Below, piece by piece: positions 12,950-25,400 of a stretch of 64,000 nt of DNA. The stretch is from Utricularia gibba (taxonomy: Eukaryota > Plantae > Magnoliophyta). The translations under genes were made by a program, and so were the position numbers. Each line of letters opens with the position of its first letter. The first letter of the stretch is position 1. The stretch lies in contig NEEC01000020.1 in assembly GCA_002189035.1 (NCBI GenBank), positions 1,612,001 through 1,676,000 of the forward strand, in the 5' to 3' direction. The notes under the pieces are model-generated. The model was given only the letters and a program-made list of their open reading frames with translations, searched no databases and was not told the origin of the DNA.

Positions 12950-15885
12950 TGTATGAGATAATTAATGGGTCCCTCCATGCGGACCCCATCAAAATATAAA
13001 AAAAATTAGAAAGCTGGAGGGATTGGCATGCCCACCTTTCATGTGTAGTGTGCGGCTCCCCTCTATAAATAGAGGAGAGCTCTCCCCCACAGAACACACA
13101 TAACACGAGAGATAGGTAATTAATCAAACGTTGTTTTTGAGTGAGTTTGGAAGTAACATAGTTTTCAAGAGTAGAATAGGGAAAAAAATATAGTATTTTT
13201 TTCTATTCATGTTACTCACCTATTAGAGTTTTTGGAAAAAAGGTAGAAGAAGAGGGTAAAACTTAATAGTTTATCATGATAATTATCTTTGTATTCCTTA
13301 TGGTAAATAGTAAATTTTTCTCGAAGTTGGGTGTGTACGTAGCCCTTTTTTTAGGGTGAACTACGTTAAATCTTAGTGTTTATTTTTCTTGATTTTTGTG
13401 ATCAACTTTATTGTCGGTTATCAATTATGCACAACAAGTGGTATCAGAGCTAGGGTTATCTATGTAATTTATACTTATCATATGCTTTGTGGCCGCCACT
13501 AAGTGAATCTCCTACATTAGAAAATAAGTTAGTATATTGCACATTCTCTTAGTCGGTACCAAGGACCATGGAGATCAAGACCTGCAGCATGATCAAGTTA
13601 AATGGGATAAATTATCTCTTGTGGAAGTGCAAGATGAAAGATTTGCTTTTCGTGACGAAAATGCATCTACTGGTTTTTAGTGAAACGAAACTGGATTCGA
13701 AGACTGATGAAGAATGGGATTTTGAGCATCAGCAATCTTGCAATTTTATCTGACAATTTGTCGAAAAAAATGTGTATTAGCATGTTGCTGAAGAAACATA
13801 TGCAAGGATCTTGTGGTTCAAGTTTGAGAATTTTTATGCTTCCAAGACGGGAGGAAACATATTGTTTTATGTCATAAAGTTGATTATTCTGAAGTATAGA
13901 AAAGGGACTTACATAGTGGACCATTTTAATGAAATTCAAGGGGTCGTGTCACAATTGGCGACAATGGACATCTCATTTGATGATGATCTACTAGCATTAT
14001 TGGTGCTAGCTACTCTACCAGAAAATTGGGAGACTCACCAAACTACATTGAAAGTTCTCCAAATCTCTCACTTGAACAAGTAAAAAGTGCGGTTCTCAAT
14101 GAGGAGATAAGGAGAAAGATGCAAAATGCCTCAACCTCTGGGCTACAAGAAATCATGGTTGTGGAACCTAGGGGGAGAAGCAGGGCTCGTGGGTCTAACT
14201 TACTGAGCCAAAAAAAGGGACAGCAAGAGTAAGGAAAAGAACAAGTATGACAATATTAATCAACAGATGTGATGGATATGTCAAAAGCAAAAAGAAGGGG
14301 CACATTAAGAAGAACTGTTGGAGTTTTTAGAAGCAAAGCAGAAGGGAGAAAAAGATGGAGTTTAGAGATGATGACGACACGAATGTCATCAGGGAGTTCA
14401 ACTTGGCGATTGATGATGAAAATATCAATCAAGAGATGTGCTGGGTGGTTGACAATTGAGCCACTCTTCATATGACATCAAGAAAGGAGTTATTCTCATC
14501 TTATACAGCAGGGATTTTGGCATCATGAAGATGGGAAACAAACAACCATCGAAAGTTGTAGGTAAAGAAGATATTTGCCTACGGATGAGCAAGAGCATGA
14601 AGTTGACCTTGAAAGATATTAAGCATGTGCCAGACATGCGATTGAACCTTATCTTGGTTCACTGTCTCGATTGTGAAGGTTATGCCATGTACTTCAACAA
14701 CTTAATAAGCTGTATGTGACACAAACTAGCATTTGTGTTGATGTTGCTAGTGTTGATGAGAAAGGAGTTCTGATTGATGTGTGGCACAGATGCCTTTGCC
14801 ATATGGAAGAAATAGGCGAGAAAGAAGATGTTGACTGGGCTCCTTGATCAAAATTCAAGGTCATGCATGCAGTGATTGCTTCATCGGGAAGCAAATGTGG
14901 GTGGCATTTAAAGAACCCTAGGTAGAGCCAAAGTGATCTTGGATCTGATTCATTTAGATGTTTGCACTCTGAAGATTATGTCGCTTGGTGGGGCTCATCA
15001 TTTTGTGACCTTCATTGATGATCACTCTCAAAAAACTTGGATCTATCTCATCAAGACGAAAGATCAAGTTTTGGAGAAGTTCAAGCAGTTTGTTGCAATG
15101 GTGGAGCGAGAAATCGGAAAGAAGGTGAAGTGCATTCGCACTAATAATGGGGAAGAGTATCTTGGGCCATTTGATGGCTATTGCAAGGAGCTGGGAATGC
15201 GACACCAATTTACCATGGCAAAAACACCACAGTTGAATGGTTTCGCAGAAAGGATGAAGCAGACTTTGATGGAAAGAGTGAGATATCTTCTTTTACACTC
15301 AAAGTTGCCTCAAATGTTTTGAGGAAAAGCTATTCTAATAGCAGCATACGTTCTGAATCTTTCACCATGCGTACCATTGAGACAAGAAATGCCAAGGAAG
15401 GTTTGATTTGGAAAAGAGGTCACTTATGATCATCTATGGGTGTTCAATTGCAAGGTTTTTTGTTGGATGAACGATTGAAGTTGGATTCCAAGGCACATGA
15501 ATATGTGTTTATTTGTTATGACCAAGATTAGTTTGGTTTCGATTCTATGATTCTATCTCAAAGAAGCTTATTTGAAGAAGGTGAAGTTGATGATCACGTT
15601 TAGGAAGTACCCAATGATCATGAAGAACCAGAGGTTGTTGGTAATGGAGATGTTGTGGTTCAACAACCATGGAGTTCCACTTGAGGTTCTCGTGTGCACA
15701 CAAGATCGGGAAGGACTGTGTGGTACCCTCCTAGATTTTCGTCAGATGAGTTTGTTGTGCCTACTGATGAGGGTGAACCTGAGAGCTTCTAGGAGGCTAT
15801 GTAAAGCCGAGATAAAAGTCTCTGGATGGAAGCGACTAAAGAGGAGATAAGGTTCTTGAATGACAACAAGACATTTCAACTTTGG
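12950..15885 (+). mobile_element. 3'-truncated Ty1/Copia (Tork/Tnt1-like): 5' LTR, gag, integrase, start of RT
   Basis: LTR ~12950-13436 (TG..CA, CTATAAATAG) followed by a PBS. Gag MIKLNG.NY.LWKCKMKDLL; integrase DLIHLDVC..FVTFIDDHS..RTNNGEEY..QLNGFAERM (14933-15322); WMEATKEEIRFL at ~15830. Frameshifted. Confidence 0.9.
13439..13450 (+). promoter_or_regulatory. Primer-binding site (tRNA-iMet) of the Copia element
   Basis: TGGTATCAGAGC, 2 nt after the LTR-terminal CA. Confidence 0.9.
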
Positions 15886-16539
15886 ATTTTTGGCATTTAC
15901 GTTTTGGCCGTGCATCTTTTCCAGTTTTAAGAAAAAACAACTCTTTGCTTCAACACTTGTACTACGTTTTTGTGTTTCACGAGTTTTAAAAATATTAAAA
16001 TTTATTATAGAAACAACACGCATCAGGGAGATAGCCATGCCTAAAGTTATTACCTTCACCACAAGGATGGGGTGCTGAAGTCAAGGCTAGTGATTGGATT
16101 GAAGTCATAACAAGCAAGTGGTTTAGGAAGATGCCTGGATCATCTCCTTTTCAAGGAGAGCTAATGCATGTTGGTATTTTGGTTTGATACCACTCACACC
16201 CAAAACAAAGAAAAGGGAGCTGTGTTTGAGTTGAATTGGATTAGTTCGAGTTGATAGGATCCCCTGCGTTACTCCCCTATGTTACCTAAGGTAGCTCCTC
16301 ATTTGTTGTTGCCTGATTTCTTGCTCTTTTGAAGAAAACTACTATTGAGATAGTCAGCTTTTTCATTTTTGGGGGGGATAGTATGTGATCCGTAGTTGGG
16401 GGAAAAATAATCCACCTTATTGAATAGGCTATCAATCAATTTTTACCTCTTATTATCATGTGCGTTTGGGGGTGTGGCTATATGCAAGAAGTTTAAACTT
16501 TTTTTTATATTTTCTTCTGACATGATTATCAAACAAATA

Positions 16540-18310
16540 AAAAATTATTATATCTAACAATCCTTGCATCTCCCACTACGAGTAGGGTAACATCAAGCTT
16601 TAGTATGTTGCGGGAGATATCATTATTGCTAAATCCATTTACTACATTGCATTTGCAGGTAAAAGAGTAATTGAAAAAACATTAAATAAAGCGGTAATTG
16701 AAAGTTTACAAGCATCCAAATATTTATTTCATAAAAACGTATTTGACCTAATCATATCTCATAATCTTTTAAAAAAAGTTTTGGGTGAGTTATTTAAAAT
16801 TCACGGCTTCTTTTCTTTGAATTCCAATTCAATGAAGCAGATCATACTAAGACGGAAAAATAATTTCTAGCAAATAAAGTAGTAGTTAGCTTATCATAAA
16901 CTTAAGAATAAAATTAATGAAAATTTTTTGTGTCACCTAAGGTTGAATTGTAGAATGAATAAAAAATTGAAGATTTTATACCAGATTAGTAGAGTCCAGT
17001 TGAAGTTGTAAAGTCATTCAGAACCGTTTAATTAAAACAATAATTCATTTTGACCAAATCATTTAGTTTACTTTAATGATTATTGCCTGAGATATGTGAT
17101 TTCAAGCTTTATCCACTGGATTGGCTGAGATGTTCATTCAAGTCTACTAGTCTCCTTAATTCTATTTCATTTCCTTAGTTGGAAATAATAAAGAAAAAAA
17201 GGAAAGTATTCAATTGAAGCCAGAAAACGTGGCTTAATTTGTCCTAGTGCATCATGGGATAGAGTCGAAGAAGGGAGGGTATTCTTGAGCACAGAAAAGG
17301 ATCCGATAAATTCGAAAGACTTGAACGAAAAGCCATAGGAGTTCAAAATTTCATGTACCGTTCTGCAGCGTGGCACTAAGGGTAACTTATTTGTCAACTT
17401 TCAAATCACGACCAACAAAACAAACATGAGTTTATTAGTCAAATAACATTTTACGAAAAAATTAATTTGTTGAACAGCACATGTTTTAAAAGTATTTTTC
17501 AAATAGTATATTTATGGATTATATGTAATGTAAATAAAGTAGTAGTTAGCTTATCATAATCGATTATTTAACATGCTGTTAACCGTATTATGAAACATGG
17601 AAAAAAATTCAACAAAAGACAGAAAACAAATTCATTATCTAGACGTGTAGGTGGATAGACTCATCAAGTCTCCATTGAAATAGGATCCACAGAAGGGAAA
17701 ACACTTGCCGTTTTCTGATTATCAGTGGGATTCCAAAATGTCGGGCTCGAAGTAGGTTTTTGAAATTCATTTCTGAATAAGTGGATGCTGCCAAGGGAGT
17801 GGCGATGCCATATGCAAAAAGGAAGAGACTCATGAAATGGCAGAGGGAAATAGAACTTTTGCACATTTTCATTAATCCATGAACATGATCTCTACATCTT
17901 GATCATAAAAGAATCAAGACAAAAGGAAAAGATCGATAGATGAAATACAAACCATGGAATAAGGTTTAATCTTGATCTTATTTGATTCCAAAAATGAAAA
18001 GTTCGACACAATTGGGATTCTTTTTTGAAAGTTGGATGCACTCACTATTTCATGAGCTGGCCTGTACAGAATAAAAACTTCATTCTAGATTCTATGTAAT
18101 TTTTATGAAAGACTTTCATTTGCTTCTCTTCAATGGAAGTTGATTTTTCCAGAACCTAGCATAAATTTTGGACTTCTGATGATCAATTGAACCTCTGGTA
18201 AAAAAGTTATGGGCATAACGGCCGTATTGCAATCGAGAGAGACCCATGATTAGTTTTTCAAAAAATTTCCAATCAGACAATTTCAGCAAAACCTTTTAAT
18301 TTCTTATTTT
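16540..18310 (+). pseudogene. Unidentified intronless decayed coding tract, copy 1 (inverted homologue of 37315-38845)
   Basis: Stop-free frame 16604-16867 ([27 protein letters not shown]...[14 protein letters not shown]). Further blocks DYCLRYVISSFIHWIG and YLIPKMKSSTQLGFFFESWMH are conserved with copy 2. Product not recognised. Confidence 0.5.
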
Positions 18311-19859
18311 ACAATGTTCAACTCTATGTATTCCTCTATCCATAGAGTACATTGAATGACTTTATGAAGTGCTGATGATTTAATAACTATCTTTGTAACT
18401 CATGAATGTTTTAGTAGTTTATACGCCTACCTATTCTTTGGATACACCAATATAGATGTACGACCTAATAAGGCTACTATGAAATATTTATTCATGGATG
18501 GGATAACCTCTTTTATTTTGGTTCATAGTTTATCATAGCTATATTGTTATAAAGTTTTGTAATATTATTTTATGTTTTTTTTTTTACATTTAATTGTAAT
18601 TTTATAGGTTTTTCTTATATTAGTATAAATATATTTATTATTGTATTTTAATTCTTTTATTAAGTTTAATTGAATTTAATTGCGTGGCTGAACAAATACA
18701 CAATGTAGATGGCTAAAGAACATGACAACACTACCTGACAACAATATCTGATTGTTCCATTATTGCGGCAGAAAAACTGGAGCCTTGAATGCTTAATGCT
18801 GATAAAAGGAATAATGATTATGTTGTAGTATCAAAACAGAATATAGAGCTTCCTACAAGTCACCGAAGATCAGTTGTAAAATTTAAGGTTGAAAGAAATG
18901 TTAATAACTTTCTTTTAATAAGAGAACATAGATAATTATTTATTCAAATAATTGAGTACTTGAAAAAATTAGAGACAGAAAGTACAAAAAACATGATTGA
19001 AAAGAATTGCAATCTCAAGAATAATGCTTTTACTTAAGGTTCATTGTTTAATTTTATTTTCATTGTTTACTTTTACTACTTCATTTACAAAATTGTGACA
19101 ATTTGTGTTTGCTTTCAAATTGCACTTTTATCTTAAAATTCAACTTTATATGCTGGATAACATATTATGCTCTTAATGTATTTTATATTTTAATTTCTTT
19201 TAAATTTTCTTATGAAAACTACATTCAACTTTCCGAGGGAAAGATTGAGCTTCAAGAAATGGTGAATGGCCTTATCAATATACAAACTTGAATGAAAAAA
19301 ATAACTGGCTCAACTCGAATTAGTCCCATACAAGTCAACCCGCGAGTTAATTGCATCAACTTGTACTAATGCCCATGGAGACTGATAGTGTTTTTTCAAT
19401 GTAGATAACATTATTTATGTTTTATTATATTGTTTTTTGTCCTAAATCTCACATATTGATAGTGTTTTTTCTTTCTTTCTTTCTCTCCTTTTTCCAGTTA
19501 TCCACACCTTACTTCTTTATTTTTCTTTCAATTTCATCTTAGAATTATTTTTCAATTGCTTCAAACATATAACTGATTTATCATATATTGACTGATTCTT
19601 TATATTGAGATAATACCAAATAATGGATAGGTTTTTATACTGTTGGATTGGCCTTTTAAATCACTGATCTTAAAAAAATCAACACACACAAAGCATAGCA
19701 ACTATATTAAAAGAAGTGAATAAAATTTTTATTCAAACCTATAGAATTAGCTAGAAAAAGCAAGAGAACGATTTTTCCTTTTTTTTGCTAAATCAATCCA
19801 TAAAAAGAAAAAGTAATTAAAGTTTTCTTATTGCTGAAAAAAAATCCAAATTTTATGCC

Positions 19860-20786
19860 ATAGATCGTTCGAACTGTATGAAAACAATACTCAATTACCT
19901 CTCTGGTCCATTCGTGCAACTTCTTTGACATCGGTCTGCTATTTGAATTCATTTTTGAGGCAAAACCCTACTCTTTAATTGTCCAGCAACTGCAAGCCTT
20001 AGTCGGGTTTCCGTAAAGTTTTGGTATTTTTGTAAGAGCAATTTCAAGTTTTCGGTTCACATAATAAAATTCCTTTTGCAGATTTATAAGTAATCATAGA
20101 TTCCTCAGGCAAGACACTTTTGATTAAAAACTTTGGAAATCATCCGGATTAAATTGATTCTTTTTTGAATTGGTATATATCATCTTTTGTGTATGATTCT
20201 TGATGAAACCTCTTTTTTTTTTTTTGATCTTATTATATTCTGTGGAAATATTTTTTGGTTGTCCAAACTCCAAACCAAAGGGAATGATGACTATGACTTT
20301 ACCAAAGTCGGAAATCACGTGTATTCTTCAGAGCATTGGCGGGAATAGTTTTCGGATTTTGATTTAATTACAAAAAGTCCTCACAATTACATTATTTATT
20401 CTGAATATTTAAAACCCACGTGCAATTGGTCCCCAGTGTTTGAAATTCATGCAAAATAAGTCCTCAATATTTGCAAACGTAGAATTTTCAACGTCCAAAA
20501 AAACAGTCTCTATAGGAGGTAAGTAAGCCCATAATGAGAGTGCATTAATTTTGAGCAGATATGGTACAACAGAATAAATTCCTGATGTAAAAGGTGAAGA
20601 CAGGTGATAACATAGCAGATATGTTAAAAAAGTGTTAGCCTCCTCACAGCATATGGTACTGCTAAAGGAGGCTGATCTAATGTTCAGTTGCTGAATCTGA
20701 TCCCCTCTTCCTGCGTGAGGGGGTGATTGTAGGAGGTAAGAGAGGCGTGAGATGCGCCTGACAGTCAACTCCCAATACATCCACAA
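19860..20786 (-). pseudogene. Unidentified decayed reading frame, candidate RNA-virus L-polymerase-like endogenous element
   Basis: ORFs 20409-20786 and 20124-20318 are in the same frame, joined by 30 codons, with the stops TAA, TAA and TGA in between. Contains EDLFCMNFKHWGPI. No introns or TE motifs. Viral identity is inference only. Confidence 0.35.
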
Positions 20787-23700
20787 TTCTTGGAAGTGGA
20801 GTATATGGAGTAGGGGCTGGAGCCTGATCCATGATGAAGAGTTCTATCTGAACGTGGGGCACGGTGGATGATCACAGCAGCTACTGGAGGAGTGATCACA
20901 AGAAGTGTGTGTTTCCTACGCTGTTGTACGTTGTAGTTGCTTTGTGTGATGATCAAGTGTGCTTCCTCTTGTTTATAGTGAACTCTGAAATCTGGTGATT
21001 AACTACAGGAGGTTTTACCAGCCAAGGAGCTGGGTTTTTACCTAAAACATTTCATGTCCTCACACATTTTCAGCTGAGTTTACAGGGTTAAAAAATTGAT
21101 TAACATCAAGGCTTGGCGTGCGGTCTCCACTGTTAATTCAATCAGTATTGCATAATGATCCCCATTCTTTGACCAATTCGATGCAGGAAATACCCGATTG
21201 TTTATTATTTTGGTAAAACCAATCCCCAATGAATTTTATACATATGGGATTCGTTTCACATGTTCACCATTTTATGCATAACATTGCATTCTAAACTAAA
21301 CAATCAGATATACTCCAAAAAAAAAACACTTGTTCACACTCAGAAGCAACACTCTGTTCATTGTCTTTCAGAGACACTCGGAAACACATTCGATTGTAAT
21401 GCCACTCGAGAAATACGCACCCTCACAGTTAGGAAGCCGATGGTCTCATACTCGGAATCCTCTACACAAGACATACTCTTGGTCATGTTACACTGCGCAG
21501 TGCACATATGTGTCACTTTTAACACTTGTCACACTCATCCAAAATGAATGACAATAGAAATGTCAGTTGTGAATGTGAAATTACATAAACATGATTCATA
21601 TTTGATGTACTAGACAAAAATTGATTTCCTAAAGTATTGTAATGACATTTGCCATTGCAAGATAAAGAATGCTTAAGTGGCGATGAAGAATGTAATACTA
21701 TTGTATGAAGTATTGGAACAGGACATGGATCAACTAAAAAAAGTACTATTGTTTGTTCTAAGGGTTCACAGAATCTAGTTAACTTTTACTATGAGGCGAT
21801 ACAATTTACAACATATAGTCTAGTGTAAAGTTATATTTTAAAAAACCTGTTATACACGTTTTCTATTACTAATATACACTATTTCAGGAAATGCCTTCAA
21901 TTTATAAATAAGGTATAAATGAAAAAGGCAATTATGAAGTATACAATAACTAGCGGATTTTGTTTTAAAATCATAAAAAATAATAGTTATCACCTTTAGA
22001 TAAGATGCATGGGTAGCGACGTGTAATGTGATTGATATATCAATGTTTCCAAGAAAAGATATGATGATGCTTGAACCATCAAGGACATTGTACCACATTC
22101 ACCGAAATGTCTTTGAAACTCAAAAAATATACTTGTGAAAGCTCTATATCTAATAGGGAATAGCTAAATATGAGGGTAAACTGACAAGTTCACTTAATAA
22201 AAAGATTGTGAAATTGAAGGATGACATCTATAGAGTAGGTGTAGTTGAAATGGTCCATCATACCCTTTCCTTTCATATTGTACCCCACGATTTTGTGTAT
22301 ATAATTAGGTTTAATTTATCCAAAAACTTGTTACTAGACTTATGAAACATTAGAAAATATAATGTGGAATAAATTAAAAAATTTAGCCAACATTTAGACA
22401 TAAAAATACAAAAAAAAATTAAAATTACTAAAATTTTAAAAATAATAAATAAAAAAATTGATTTTAGTACTAAGCATATTAGTTTTATAATAAATAACAC
22501 TAAAAAAAATGTGTATTATCATGCTATAAAGATGCGATAGCCATCTACGTATGAATTCAAAATTTTTGAAAGGAAAGTGGTAGGAATGGATGGGATGCAT
22601 AATTTTTTAAAAAATGGTGAAGTTATACGAATACAACTGTCATGATTTGTAAACGGTATTGTAAAGTAAAAAGTGTAAGAAACGTAAATGATGAATCGTG
22701 AACGGTCATATAAAGCAAGGAAAATGAAAAACAAAGTTCTAGAGAGATAAAATGAAAGTAAAACTAAAATGGAAATTGAATGCTCAATGTCCGAATTAAA
22801 CTGAACTAAACTATTTTGTCTGAGTTTTCATGCTCCTTTTGTCTTGCTGTACTGAAGTGACTTGCAAGAAAATTCCCACTCTTACACTGATAAACTAATG
22901 ATTTCATATGTCAGAAACTCTTGTGTACCACATGTCAAGGCTCATCATTAGACGTTTGCAATTTTTTGAAAATCAAGGAAATCTCAGTTCAAGAAGGTAA
23001 GTTTTGTCACCATTTGCTGCTTCCTTTCTCATAGTTCTTGTCACATGTTCACTTCTAAAAAAACTTAAACAAAATTAGACAAAAACATTAGATAAAATAC
23101 AAAATTTAAAATAATTACTCTAATTTAGATAAAAATCTAAATCTTATATTATAAATTCTTATCTAACTAAATTTAATTATTTTTAGACATAAAAACGATT
23201 TAAAAAATAGTAAGAAAATGACACTTAACAATATTGGTTCTCATCATCCTCAAAGTGTATGAGACAAATGTATGGATTTTAATCGGGATCATGCATTATG
23301 ATCTTTTCCACAATGATGTTGCCTGCAGATAAAATTATTTCACTAATTGAATTTCTCCGGTTCTATAGCATGTGCTTGGGGTATAAGTTTTGTATAAATG
23401 TATTGGCATGTAAGAAAGTATTTTGTTTCAAGTTATTTTATTTGTAAGAGGTGGAATAGAATAACCTGATTGATGATCATAAGTTTGTAGTGCGTTGTAT
23501 GTCTCAGGATAGGTTGACTTATTCTGACTTTTTCAGAAGTCAATGACTCCAAAGAGGAGTTCAACCCAATGCTTGAGTTCTGTCCTAGTTGATCCTAATT
23601 TGACATTAGAAGTATATTTATTTGTCCCTAGCAATCGAATACTTTTGTCTGTACATAGATACTGCATATTTTAATGCATCAATAATTTGATTTTCTTCCA

Positions 23701-24479
23701 TCTAAGTTCTCGTCTCATTAATAGTGCAATGTGATAACGTACATTTTCTTTGTGCTTTAATTGTACAAAATTACAACATTTAGCATTGAAATTAGGTGTT
23801 TTAATCATTATTTTTACTATTTTGAAATTTTAATTTTATTTATATGTAATAAATCATCAGTTAGGGTTTAGCGGCAAATTCTTCAATAAATTAATCGTAA
23901 TTTTGATGTGCACAAAACCAATGATATATACTATGAGATGAAAACATAATAGGAAAAGTGGATGAACAATACAATTTACTTTTAGCCAAAAGTAGCATCA
24001 GTTGAAAATAGAAGGAAAAAAAAAGAGCATTATTAAGGGATTTAGAGATGGAAGAATAGTGAGAAGAGAAGACTTCAAATCAGACCCTCCTAAGGGAGGA
24101 GACACCCCAGAATGAACAAAATGAAAGAGAGTCGAAAAACTCAGATCTATTCCAGGAACAATACTCATGGCTAGGAGTAGAGATATGAAACCAGAGTAAA
24201 CTCTTTTATGATTTCATTAGAATTTAACTTTACTATTGCCTTCTGTTTTCAGCTTGGTTACTATGGATCTGTTTTATTTTTATTTAGATAAGTATAAGTG
24301 ATGCGTTACGGGGAAAAGAGAGATGCGCTCCTTTATTTTTATAGATATGTTTAGAAAACGACTTCAAGGGCTTGAATGCTAAAATATAGAGAAAAATAAA
24401 GTCAAATGAATTTCTTAATTGATAAGCTGTTGGAGTTCCTCGGTTGTCTGAAGCTGCTAACTAGAATCATGCGTTTGCT

Positions 24480-25400
24480 CAAAATAACAGCACATTTGGT
24501 ATCAACATAATTAAATAATTCATCCAGTAAAAAAACTGCACATCTAGTTTCAACAAGTTTGAAGTAAGGTACATAGAGTTGGATTTATTACCTTATTTTG
24601 TCCATCTGTTTTTGTGTGAAAGGTGATAAGAGAACATAAGTTTGGTTCTCAACTTACTCCAAAATATGCATCATAAATGGTTAAGGCACTTGGTATCTTG
24701 ATTATTTATAATGATAATTAGCATATCATGAAACCTAATAATCTTCTTAAAGAATAAGTCAGCAATATGAGTGGCATCATTAGTTTTGTGGTAAGGAATG
24801 AAATGCCTCATGTTGAAAAATCTATCAACCACTATAAATGTTGAATTCTTTACTTTTAAGTTTTTGATAAACCTAAAATAAAATTCACAAAGACATTAAT
24901 CAAAGGATGAATAAAAATGTTGTTTCGATTTTGATTTAACCCTCTTGCACACTAAGCATCATACACAAATCCTATCCACATTTTTTTCTCATATGTGACC
25001 AATAAGAATATTGTTAGAGCATATCAAGTATATTGATGATTCCAAAATATTCCATAAGTCCTTCACATAAATCTTTTTCACCAAAAACTCTGTGAATGGA
25101 ATATTGAGGGATGAATAACATTTCTTCTTGAAAAAGAAATCATCTTTCCTATAATAAGTGTAATAAGGTTTATACTCACAATAAATATAGATAACTTTAA
25201 AATTGTGATCCCAATTATAAAACTCTTTATCATTGAATACCCCAATATTTGAGCACTAAGAGTAATTAAAATTGTATAACTTCGTGATAACACATCAGCA
25301 ATAATGTTATCTTTACCTTTATTTTAAAAAATTAGCAAAAACGGCACCCAACTACTTAATATTGTCGCATAATTGGTCTTCATGAAATTCTATAAATACT
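24480..25400 (-). mobile_element. Ty3/Gypsy CRM-type RNase H-integrase remnant
   Basis: KGKDNIIADVLSR, VVDRF..MRHFIPYHKTNDATHIADLFFKKIIRFH, WSKL.TKLMFS..TDGQ; heavily decayed. Confidence 0.8.

Noticed and set aside
17900-18060. matK or ycf1 origin of the unknown tract (KFDTI, LSETE, LFQWR look-alikes)
   Set aside because: Matches are 4-5 residues, fall in different frames or strands, are not collinear with the plastid genes, and are not shared by both copies.
21260-23800. Short ORFs and exon-like patches
   Set aside because: No recognisable motif or consistent splice chain; may be very old TE debris but cannot be supported.
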